DNA from: Mycobacterium tuberculosis H37Rv
GTDB taxonomy: Bacteria; Actinomycetota; Actinomycetes; Mycobacteriales; Mycobacteriaceae
DNA length: 32,000 nucleotides
Direction: 5' to 3'
Assembly (NCBI RefSeq): GCF_000195955.2
Contig: NC_000962.3
Coordinates: forward strand, 3,720,001 to 3,752,000
Part shown: positions 1-9,363 of the stretch, piece after piece
Position numbering within the stretch: position 1 is the first letter of the stretch
How the letters are laid out: every line of letters starts with the position of its first letter
Made by a program: the position numbers and the translations under genes
The notes under the pieces: model-generated
The model's input: the letters and a program-made list of their open reading frames with translations, nothing else
Databases searched by the model: none
What the model was told of the DNA's origin: nothing

Positions 1-782
1 TCACCACCGCCGCCACCACCGCTGCCGGCGCCGCCACTGCCGGCAGCGCCCCCGGACTGCGGAACACCAGCAGGCGGCTCAACCTCTGGCGGCGGGGGCG
101 GCGGCTGTTGCGGCGGCGCTGGTCGCGGTGGCGGCGGTGCCACGATCGGCGGGGGTGGAATCAGGGTCTGCGCCGCCGGCGGCGGTACCGGAATCGGCGG
201 CGGATTCGGTATCAGGGGATCCCCCGCGCGAACCGCTCCGAGCACCGAGGCAAGCATCGCACCCGTCGGTTCCCGCCATCCCGGCGACATGATGGTCATG
301 TCCGACACCGACGCCCGCAGGTCGCTTCCCGAGTTGACCGCGCTGCGCGTGGACGCCGCAACGCGATGCGTCGGTTCATTCGATCCCGGCTCGAAATTGG
401 CCATGGCGAACGCCATCTTGCTGTGATGGTTCGGGCAGTAGATCTCCACTGCCGCACTGATAAATCGGGTCATGGTCGTCGTGAGGCGGACAGGGTAGAG
501 GCGCATGACCGGGTCTATGTTGTAGGCATCGTTGCGTAACCCGTCCACAATGTCGTTCACCGGCATGCCGCCATCGAGTTTGCGACACACTTTGTGGGCC
601 GCGTCGATGACGCGAGGCACATTCGCGACGGCGGGGATTTCCTTTTTCTCGAGCAGCGCCAGAAACCGATCGTCTTGGTTTGGGTCGGCCGCTGCTGGGC
701 CGTCGTGCAGAATTGCGGCGCCGATCAGCACCACTAAGGCGGCACCCAGGGCGCCGGCATGGCTAGCGATGCCGGTGAACAT
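1..782 (-). CDS. Partial (3' end off window) secreted DUF732-like protein with Pro/Gly-rich C-terminal tail; matches Rv3333c
   Basis: Manual minus-strand translation from ATG at 782: MFTGIASHAGALGAALVVLIGAAILHDGPAAADPNQDDRFLALLEKKEIPAVANVPRVIDAAHKVCRKLDGGMPVNDIVDGL... It has an N-terminal signal-like segment, a DUF732-like domain, then PPPPIPVPPPAAQTLIPPPPIVAPPPPRPAPPQQPPPPPPEVEPP. The frame stays open to the window edge, so it is missing from the ORF track. Confidence 0.85.
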   Translation of the reverse strand, partial: MFTGIASHAGALGAALVVLIGAAILHDGPAAADPNQDDRFLALLEKKEIPAVANVPRVIDAAHKVCRKLDGGMPVNDIVDGLRNDAYNIDPVMRLYPVRLTTTMTRFISAAVEIYCPNHHSKMAFAMANFEPGSNEPTHRVAASTRSAVNSGSDLRASVSDMTIMSPGWREPTGAMLASVLGAVRAGDPLIPNPPPIPVPPPAAQTLIPPPPIVAPPPPRPAPPQQPPPPPPEVEPPAGVPQSGGAAGSGGAGSGGGGGG

Positions 783-1050
783 GATGGGGTTTCCGTTCTG
801 CTAAAAGCCGTTACCTGGCGGGCTTTGGATCGCGATCCACGCCATAGGTGTGGCTGTCTGGTCAGGTTTGACCGGCGCCATGATGTCGTTTCACAGCGCC
901 GATGCAGTCTGGGAGGGGACCAGGGCATGGGTGCATTGAGGAGCCAGATCCAGAGAACCACACCGGAGCCGCTGGCCGAGGCTCATCCACAAGCCTTCGA
1001 TCCCGCTCCCGTTGTCGGCATGGGCGCCTGCCGACGGAATCAGCGGATGG

Positions 1051-1116
1051 TCATAGTGGCGTCGGGCGCCAGGCCTGCGCGGGCACACGCGGTGCGGTGT
1101 CGATGGTTGTTCTCAT
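1051..1116 (-). CDS. Putative 21-aa small ORF MRTTIDTAPRVPAQAWRPTPL
   Basis: ATG at 1116 preceded on the minus strand by AAAGGAG with 7-nt spacing (AAAGGAGttaccagATG); stop TGA at 1051-1053. It lies downstream of a minus-strand MerR-type promoter. Confidence 0.3.
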   Translation of the reverse strand: MRTTIDTAPRVPAQAWRPTPL

Positions 1117-1215
1117 CTGGTAACTCCTTTCCGCAGGCCGCAATTCAGCGGTATGGGCTCACCGAGATCAGGCTCGTCACGATCGCCCGCACTGCTGGCG
1201 GCTCACATGTACCCA

Positions 1216-1246
1216 GTGTTAACCTTCTAGTGCACTAGAAGGTCAA
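1216..1246 (-). promoter_or_regulatory. MerR-type promoter directed leftward: TTGACC-19 bp-TAACAC
   Basis: Minus strand reads TTGACC TTCTAGTGCACTAGAAGGT TAACAC. The 19-bp spacer overlaps the palindrome, as in classical MerR-activated promoters. Confidence 0.6.
1222..1243. promoter_or_regulatory. Perfect 22-bp palindrome, likely operator of the adjacent MerR regulator
   Basis: ACCTTCTAGTGCACTAGAAGGT is exactly self-complementary and lies 13 nt upstream of the MerR start codon. Confidence 0.8.
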
Positions 1247-1256
1247 GGGGAGTCGC

Positions 1257-1697
1257 ATGAAGATCAGCGAGGTAGCCGCGCTCACCAACACCAGCACCAA
1301 GACCCTCCGCTTCTACGAGAACTCGGGGCTGCTGCCGCCGCCTGCACGCACAGCATCGGGGTATCGCAACTATGGACCCGAGATCGTGGATCGGCTGCGG
1401 TTTATCCATCGGGGCCAAGCGGCCGGGCTGGCATTACAGGAAGTACGCCAAATCCTGGCCATCCACGACCGCGGCGAGGCGCCGTGCGCACACGTCCGCC
1501 AACTACTGAGCACCCGCATCGACGAAGTCCGCGCGCAGATCGCCGAACTGATTGCCCTCGAAGGCCACTTGCAGACCCTGCTTGACCACGCTTCATATGG
1601 CCCGCCCACCGAACACGACCACTCCACGGTGTGTTGGATCCTGGAAAGCGACCTCGATGAGCCCACCGCCATCGAGGTCAGCGACATTCACGCCTAG
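1257..1697 (+). CDS. MerR-family transcriptional regulator, heavy-metal-responsive type (matches Rv3334)
   Basis: 146 aa; MKISEVAALTNTSTKTLRFYENSGLLPPPARTASGYRNY is a canonical MerR HTH. Upstream GGGGAG SD. Contains GEAPCAHV and DHSTVCW cysteines. Confidence 0.95.
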   Translation: MKISEVAALTNTSTKTLRFYENSGLLPPPARTASGYRNYGPEIVDRLRFIHRGQAAGLALQEVRQILAIHDRGEAPCAHVRQLLSTRIDEVRAQIAELIALEGHLQTLLDHASYGPPTEHDHSTVCWILESDLDEPTAIEVSDIHA

Positions 1698-1730
1698 AGG
1701 TCGCTGGGTACGCGGGCTGGCCCACGGGTT

Positions 1731-2600
1731 TTACGCCGAAGCCGTCGCCGCCCACGCGGTGGCGAACAGGATCAGCCACGCGGTGACGAACGCGAACACC
1801 ATCAAGCCCAGCACCGGCCCGAACACCGCGCCCGCCGGGCTGCGCAACACTATCTGCAGGTAGATCGCCCCCACCTGCTTGAACAGCTCGAAGCCGACCG
1901 CCGCCATCAACCCGGCCCGCGCCGCGGTGACCAAACCGACCGGCTCCCGCGGCAGCCGGCCAATCATCCAGGTGAACAGCACCCACGACACCAGCACCGA
2001 TACCAGCACCGAGATGCCCCGAAAGATCTCGTCGAACACTGAAAACTGGGGTATTTCAAGCCATCTCAGTACCGCAGCCATCGGCCTGGCATGGCCGAGC
2101 ACGGTGAGCGCGATGGTGGCCACGATCACCACGAACGTCCCCACCATGGCCGCTAGATCCGACAGTTTGGTGCGCAAGTAGCCCGCCGGAGCGACTGGAT
2201 GTGCCCACATCTGGCTCAACGCTTCCCGCAGGTGCCACATCCAGCCCAGGCCCACCCAGGCCGCGGTCGCCAGACCGATCACCCCGACCGACGCGCGTGC
2301 ATCGATCGCCGAATTCATCAGGTCGACCAGCTGCTGTCCCACCGCACCGGAGACCGAGGTGCGGATGCGCTCCTCGAGCGTGGTCAGCAGCTCCGGACGA
2401 CGCGACAACGCGAATCCACCCACCCCGAAACCGACCATCAGCAAAGGAAATATCGCAAAGATCGTGTAGTAGGTGAGTCCGGCCGCAAAAAGACTGCCGT
2501 TGCGATCGTTAAAGCGCGTGAACGCACGCACGACATGGTCCAACCACCCGAACCGGGCCCGCAGCCGGTCAAGCACCCCTGGCTCGGCGAGCTCGCCCAT
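1731..2600 (-). CDS. YihY/UPF0761-family integral membrane protein (matches Rv3335c)
   Basis: 289 aa, multi-helix; LTYYTIFAIFPLLMVGFGVGGF and LVTAARAGLMAAVGFELFKQVGAIYL segments typical of the family. Confidence 0.85.
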   Translation of the reverse strand: MGELAEPGVLDRLRARFGWLDHVVRAFTRFNDRNGSLFAAGLTYYTIFAIFPLLMVGFGVGGFALSRRPELLTTLEERIRTSVSGAVGQQLVDLMNSAIDARASVGVIGLATAAWVGLGWMWHLREALSQMWAHPVAPAGYLRTKLSDLAAMVGTFVVIVATIALTVLGHARPMAAVLRWLEIPQFSVFDEIFRGISVLVSVLVSWVLFTWMIGRLPREPVGLVTAARAGLMAAVGFELFKQVGAIYLQIVLRSPAGAVFGPVLGLMVFAFVTAWLILFATAWAATASA

Positions 2601-2620
2601 GATCGACTGCCCTACCCCCG

Positions 2621-3646
<1,026 letters not shown>

Positions 3647-3655
3647 TCACGCGGG

Positions 3656-4548
3656 GTGCCCTCCCCGTCGACCACCGGTCACCACGCTGCTTGCGGTACC
3701 GGCGGTACCGGCTTTAGTGTCGGCTCTATGCGCAGTCCGATACGCGTGGGTTCGGGAGAGCCGGTCCTACTGCTACACCCGTTCTTGATGTCCCAAACGG
3801 TGTGGGAGAAGGTCGCCCAGCAGCTGGCCGACACCGGCCGCTTCGAGGTATTTGCCCCCACGATGGCCGGCCACAACGGCGGACCGGCCTCGGGCACCCG
3901 GTTTTGTCCTCGGCGGTGCTGGCCGACCACGTCGAACGCCAGCTCGACGAACTGGGCTGGGAAACCAGCCATATCGTCGGCAACTCGTTGGGCGGCTGGG
4001 TCGCGTTCGAACTCGAACGACGTGGCCGGGCACGCAGCGTGACCGGTATCGCCCCGGCGGGCGGTTGGACCCGCTGGAGTCCGGTCAAGTTCGAAGTGAT
4101 CGCTAAGTTCATCGCAGGGGCGCCGATCTTGGCCGTCGCCCACATTCTTGGCCAACGGGCGCTTCGGCTGCCGTTCAGCCGCCTGCTGGCCACCCTGCCG
4201 ATCAGCGCCACACCGGACGGCGTGAGCGAGCGCGAGCTGTCCGGCATCATCGACGACGCCGCGCACTGCCCGGCCTATTTTCAGCTGCTGGTCAAGGCGC
4301 TGGTGCTGCCCGGGCTGCAGGAGTTGGAACACACCGCCGTGCCCTCGCACGTGGTGCTGTGCGAGCAGGACCGGGTGGTCCCTCCCAGCAGGTTCAGCCG
4401 TCATTTCACCGACTCACTGCCGGCGGGCCACCGGCTCACCGTGCTCGACGGCGTCGGTCACGTTCCGATGTTCGAGGCTCCGGGGCGCATCACTGAGCTG
4501 ATCACCAGCTTCATCGAAGAGTGCTGCCCGCATGTCCGGGCCAGTTAG
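3656..4548 (+). pseudogene. Alpha/beta hydrolase split by a frameshift (annotated in H37Rv as Rv3337 3656..4042 and Rv3338 3904..4548)
   Basis: N-terminal half in frame 2: GSGEPVLLLHPFLMSQTVWEKVAQQLADTGRFEVFAPTMAGHNGGPASGTR. It continues in frame 1: VLSSAVLADHVERQLDELGWETSHIVGNSLGGWVAFELERRG..., with nucleophile elbow GNSLGG. The switch is near 3895-3906. Confidence 0.85.
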
Positions 4549-4553
4549 CGGGC

Positions 4554-4613
4554 GCGAGCAGACGCAAAATCGCCCATTTCGGCACGAAATTGGGCGATTT
4601 TGCGTCTGCTCGC
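4554..4613. terminator. Long near-perfect hairpin between convergent genes; probable bidirectional terminator/dispersed repeat
   Basis: Arms GCGAGCAGACGCAAAATCGCCCA (4554-4576) and TGGGCGATTTTGCGTCTGCTCGC (4591-4613). The stem extends inward (ATTTCG/CGAAAT) with one bulged T and a 3-nt loop. Confidence 0.75.
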
Positions 4614-4614
4614 C

Positions 4615-5844
4615 CTAATTGGCCAGCTCCTTTTCCAGGTTGTCGGCGATCGCATCGAGGAATTCCTCGCTATTCAGCCAGTCCTGCTCCGGACCGATGA
4701 GGATCGCGAGGTCCTTGGTCATCTTCCCGCTCTCCACCGTGGCGATGACGACGGACTCCAGCTTGTGGGCGAAGTCGATGACTTCGGGAGTGCCATCCAG
4801 CTTGCCGCGATGCTGTAATCCGCGGGTCCAGGCAAAGATCGACGCGATCGGGTTTGTTGAGGTCGGTTTACCGGCCTGATACTGCCGGTAATGCCGGGTG
4901 ACGGTGCCGTGGGCGGCTTCGGCCTCGACTGTCTTGCCGTCGGCCGTCATCAGCACCGACGTCATCAGGCCCAGCGAGCCGTAGCCCTGTGCGACGGTGT
5001 CCGACTGCACGTCGCCGTCGTAGTTCTTGCACGCCCAGACGTAACCGCCTTCCCATTTCAGGCAGGCGGCGACCATGTCGTCGATCAACCGATGCTCGTA
5101 GGTCAGCCCCGCCGCTTCGAACTGCGCCTTGAATTCCTCTTCGTAGACGCGCTCGAACTCGTCTTTGAACATCCCGTCGTAGGCCTTGAGGATGGTGTTC
5201 TTGGTGGACAGATATACCGGCCATTTCGCGTTGAGGCCGTAGGAGAACGACGCGCGCGCGAAATCCCGGATGGATTCCTTGAAGTTGTACATCCCCAGCA
5301 CGACGCCGCCGTCCTCGGGGATGGACACCATTTCGTGCACGATCGGCGCGCTGCCGTCGGCGGGCGTGAAAGTCAGTGTGACGGTGCCCGGTTGGTCGAC
5401 CTTGAAGTTCGTCGCCCGATATTGGTCACCAAAAGCGTGCCGGCCGATGACGATCGGCTTGGTCCACCCCGGAACCAGTCGCGGCACATTAGAAATCACG
5501 ATAGGTTCGCGAAAGATTGTGCCGCCCAAGATGTTCCGGATTGTCCCATTGGGCGACAGCCACATCTTCTTCAGGTTGAATTCCTCGACACGGGCCTCGT
5601 CGGGGGTGATCGTCGCGCACTTTACGCCCACACCGTGTTTCTTGATCGCATACGCCGCGTCGATCGTCACCTGGTCGTCGGTGGCGTCGCGGTGCTCGAT
5701 GCCCAAGTCGTAATAGTCCAAGCGGATGTCGAGATAGGGAAGGATAAGCATGTCCTTGATGAGCTTCCAGATGACACGGGTCATCTCGTCACCGTCGAGC
5801 TCTACGACCGGACCGCTGACTTTTATCTTGGGTGCGTTGGACAT
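4615..5844 (-). CDS. icd1: NADP-dependent isocitrate dehydrogenase
   Basis: 409 aa from [39 protein letters not shown]...; eukaryotic-type IDH motifs. ORF track start at 5856 is an alternative upstream start. Confidence 0.95.
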   Translation of the reverse strand: MSNAPKIKVSGPVVELDGDEMTRVIWKLIKDMLILPYLDIRLDYYDLGIEHRDATDDQVTIDAAYAIKKHGVGVKCATITPDEARVEEFNLKKMWLSPNGTIRNILGGTIFREPIVISNVPRLVPGWTKPIVIGRHAFGDQYRATNFKVDQPGTVTLTFTPADGSAPIVHEMVSIPEDGGVVLGMYNFKESIRDFARASFSYGLNAKWPVYLSTKNTILKAYDGMFKDEFERVYEEEFKAQFEAAGLTYEHRLIDDMVAACLKWEGGYVWACKNYDGDVQSDTVAQGYGSLGLMTSVLMTADGKTVEAEAAHGTVTRHYRQYQAGKPTSTNPIASIFAWTRGLQHRGKLDGTPEVIDFAHKLESVVIATVESGKMTKDLAILIGPEQDWLNSEEFLDAIADNLEKELAN

Positions 5845-5968
5845 GGGAGTCCACATCAGATTACTAGCAGCCCGCGCGGGCCCCTAGCGGCCGGTAAAGG
5901 GCCAGTTGAGACCGCCGGAGTTGTGCTTTGAGTTGGCACTGAGTAGCTGCCATGCGCTAGGCTTCGAG

Positions 5969-6118
5969 TCGGTCATGAGCGCCAGCGTCAAGCCCCGGCT
6001 TGCTGGCCGGCAACCCTCCAACCGCGGTGGGGTGCCCCGGGTGATGACCAGGTTGAGTAGCCATCGCCGGCTGCGCGGCAAGCGCGGGTCCGCCATGACG
6101 GGCCCCTGACCAGACGGG
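5969..6118 (+). ncRNA. SAM-IV-type riboswitch leader upstream of metC
   Basis: GGTCATGAGCGCCAGCGTCAAGCCCCGGCTTGCTGGCCGGCAACCCTCCAACCGCGGTGGGGTGCCCCGGGTGATGACCAGGTTGAGTAGCC: P1 GGTCAT(5971-5976)/ATGACC(6044-6049), GCTGGCCGGCAACCCTCC core, downstream GC-rich stem. It precedes a methionine biosynthesis operon. 3' boundary approximate. Confidence 0.85.
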
Positions 6119-6126
6119 GAAAGCTC

Positions 6127-7476
6127 ATGAGCGCCGACAGCAATAGCACCGACGCCGATCCGACCGCGCATTGGTCGTTCGAAACCAAACAGATACACGC
6201 TGGTCAGCACCCTGATCCGACCACCAACGCCCGGGCTCTGCCGATCTATGCGACCACGTCGTACACCTTCGACGACACCGCGCACGCCGCCGCCCTGTTC
6301 GGACTGGAAATTCCGGGCAATATCTACACCCGGATCGGCAACCCCACCACCGACGTCGTCGAGCAGCGCATCGCCGCGCTCGAGGGCGGTGTGGCCGCGC
6401 TGTTCCTGTCGTCGGGGCAGGCCGCGGAGACGTTCGCCATCTTGAACCTGGCCGGCGCGGGCGATCACATCGTGTCCAGCCCGCGCCTGTACGGCGGCAC
6501 CTACAACCTGTTCCACTATTCGCTGGCCAAGCTCGGCATCGAGGTCAGCTTCGTCGACGATCCGGACGATCTGGACACCTGGCAGGCGGCGGTACGGCCC
6601 AACACCAAGGCGTTCTTCGCCGAGACCATCTCCAACCCGCAGATCGACCTGCTGGACACCCCGGCGGTTTCCGAGGTCGCCCATCGCAACGGGGTGCCGT
6701 TGATCGTCGACAACACCATCGCCACGCCATACCTGATCCAACCGTTGGCCCAGGGCGCCGACATCGTCGTGCATTCGGCCACCAAGTACCTGGGCGGGCA
6801 CGGTGCCGCCATCGCGGGTGTGATCGTCGACGGCGGCAACTTCGATTGGACCCAGGGCCGCTTCCCCGGCTTCACCACCCCCGACCCCAGCTACCACGGC
6901 GTGGTGTTCGCCGAGCTGGGTCCACCGGCGTTTGCGCTCAAAGCTCGAGTGCAGCTGCTCCGTGACTACGGCTCGGCGGCTTCGCCGTTCAACGCGTTCT
7001 TGGTGGCGCAGGGTCTGGAAACGCTGAGCCTGCGGATCGAGCGGCACGTCGCCAACGCGCAGCGCGTCGCCGAGTTCCTGGCCGCCCGCGACGACGTGCT
7101 TTCGGTCAACTATGCGGGGCTGCCCTCCTCGCCCTGGCATGAGCGGGCCAAGAGGCTGGCGCCCAAGGGAACCGGGGCCGTGCTGTCCTTCGAGTTGGCC
7201 GGCGGCATCGAGGCCGGCAAGGCATTCGTGAACGCGTTGAAGCTGCACAGCCACGTCGCCAACATCGGTGACGTGCGCTCGCTGGTGATCCACCCGGCAT
7301 CGACCACTCATGCCCAGCTGAGCCCGGCCGAGCAGCTGGCGACCGGGGTCAGCCCGGGCCTGGTGCGTTTGGCTGTGGGCATCGAAGGTATCGACGATAT
7401 CCTGGCCGACCTGGAGCTTGGCTTTGCCGCGGCCCGCAGATTCAGCGCCGACCCGCAGTCCGTGGCGGCGTTCTGA
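6127..7476 (+). CDS. metC: O-acetylhomoserine sulfhydrylase (Cys/Met metabolism PLP enzyme)
   Basis: 449 aa; [13 protein letters not shown]..., [30 protein letters not shown] (PLP lysine). Confidence 0.95.
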
Positions 7477-7487
7477 GGAATTCTGAC

Positions 7488-8627
7488 ATGACGATCTCCG
7501 ATGTACCCACCCAGACGCTGCCCGCCGAAGGCGAAATCGGCCTGATAGACGTCGGCTCGCTGCAACTGGAAAGCGGGGCGGTGATCGACGATGTCTGTAT
7601 CGCCGTGCAACGCTGGGGCAAATTGTCGCCCGCACGGGACAACGTGGTGGTGGTCTTGCACGCGCTCACCGGCGACTCGCACATCACTGGACCCGCCGGA
7701 CCCGGCCACCCCACCCCCGGCTGGTGGGACGGGGTGGCCGGGCCGGGTGCGCCGATTGACACCACCCGCTGGTGCGCGGTAGCTACCAATGTGCTCGGCG
7801 GCTGCCGCGGCTCCACCGGGCCCAGCTCGCTTGCCCGCGACGGAAAGCCTTGGGGCTCAAGATTTCCGCTGATCTCGATACGTGACCAGGTGCAGGCGGA
7901 CGTCGCGGCGCTGGCCGCGCTGGGCATCACCGAGGTCGCCGCCGTCGTCGGCGGCTCCATGGGCGGCGCCCGGGCCCTGGAATGGGTGGTCGGCTACCCG
8001 GATCGGGTCCGAGCCGGATTGCTGCTGGCGGTCGGTGCGCGTGCCACCGCAGACCAGATCGGCACGCAGACAACGCAAATCGCGGCCATCAAAGCCGACC
8101 CGGACTGGCAGAGCGGCGACTACCACGAGACGGGGAGGGCACCAGACGCCGGGCTGCGACTCGCCCGCCGCTTCGCGCACCTCACCTACCGCGGCGAGAT
8201 CGAGCTCGACACCCGGTTCGCCAACCACAACCAGGGCAACGAGGATCCGACGGCCGGCGGGCGCTACGCGGTGCAAAGTTATCTGGAACACCAAGGAGAC
8301 AAACTGTTATCCCGGTTCGACGCCGGCAGCTACGTGATTCTCACCGAGGCGCTCAACAGCCACGACGTCGGCCGCGGCCGCGGCGGGGTCTCCGCGGCTC
8401 TGCGCGCCTGCCCGGTGCCGGTGGTGGTGGGCGGCATCACCTCCGACCGGCTCTACCCGCTGCGCCTGCAGCAGGAGCTGGCCGACCTGCTGCCGGGCTG
8501 CGCCGGGCTGCGAGTCGTCGAGTCGGTCTACGGACACGACGGCTTCCTGGTGGAAACCGAGGCCGTGGGCGAATTGATCCGCCAGACACTGGGATTGGCT
8601 GATCGTGAAGGCGCGTGTCGGCGGTGA
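7488..8627 (+). CDS. metX: Homoserine O-acetyltransferase
   Basis: 379 aa; [36 protein letters not shown]. Annotated metA in H37Rv. Confidence 0.95.
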
Positions 8628-9355
8628 CGTGCTCCCGACGCGACATGTCCCTGTCGTTTGGCTCCGCGGTCGGCGCCTACGAGCGCGGGCGCCCCTCGTA
8701 TCCACCGGAAGCCATCGACTGGCTGCTGCCGGCCGCCGCCCGCCGCGTGCTCGACCTGGGAGCGGGCACCGGCAAGCTGACCACCCGGCTAGTCGAGCGC
8801 GGCCTGGACGTGGTTGCCGTCGACCCGATCCCGGAGATGCTGGACGTGCTGCGTGCTGCGCTGCCGCAAACCGTCGCGCTGCTGGGCACCGCCGAAGAGA
8901 TTCCGTTGGACGACAACAGCGTTGACGCGGTGTTGGTGGCTCAGGCGTGGCACTGGGTGGATCCCGCCCGGGCGATTCCGGAGGTCGCCCGGGTGTTGCG
9001 TCCGGGCGGGCGGCTCGGCCTGGTGTGGAACACCCGCGACGAACGGCTGGGCTGGGTGCGCGAGCTGGGTGAGATCATCGGTCGCGACGGCGATCCGGTG
9101 CGCGACAGGGTGACGCTGCCCGAGCCGTTCACTACGGTGCAGCGCCATCAGGTCGAGTGGACGAATTACCTGACACCACAAGCCCTTATCGACCTGGTGG
9201 CTTCGCGCAGCTATTGCATCACCTCACCGGCGCAGGTCCGCACCAAAACGCTCGACCGGGTGCGGCAGTTGCTGGCCACCCATCCGGCGCTGGCGAATAG
9301 CAACGGCCTGGCGCTGCCCTACGTCACGGTCTGTGTGCGGGCGACTCTGGCCTGA
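8624..9355 (+). CDS. Class I SAM-dependent methyltransferase (matches Rv3342)
   Basis: [51 protein letters not shown] start at 8624 overlaps the metX TGA (GTGA). Alternative starts at 8615 and 8645. Confidence 0.9.
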
Positions 9356-9363
9356 CGCCGCCT

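Noticed and set aside
891-1088. 65-aa minus-strand ORF MCPRRPGARRHYDHPLIPSAGAHADNG... as a MerR target or degraded metal-resistance gene
   Set aside because: No SD and no recognisable motif. I could not support it, though a remnant of a lost target gene cannot be excluded without a search.
759-1238. 159-aa plus-strand ORF between the DUF732-like gene and the MerR gene
   Set aside because: Starts inside the minus-strand gene, ends across the MerR palindrome, and its translation shows no recognisable domain. Likely spurious.
4891-5931. 346-aa plus-strand ORF opposite icd1
   Set aside because: Shadow ORF; icd1 on the minus strand is unmistakable.
5884-7635. 583-aa minus-strand ORF opposite metC and the riboswitch
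   Set aside because: metC on the plus strand has clear family motifs. The antisense ORF has high-GC shadow composition (Arg/Gly/Val/His-rich) and spans the riboswitch.
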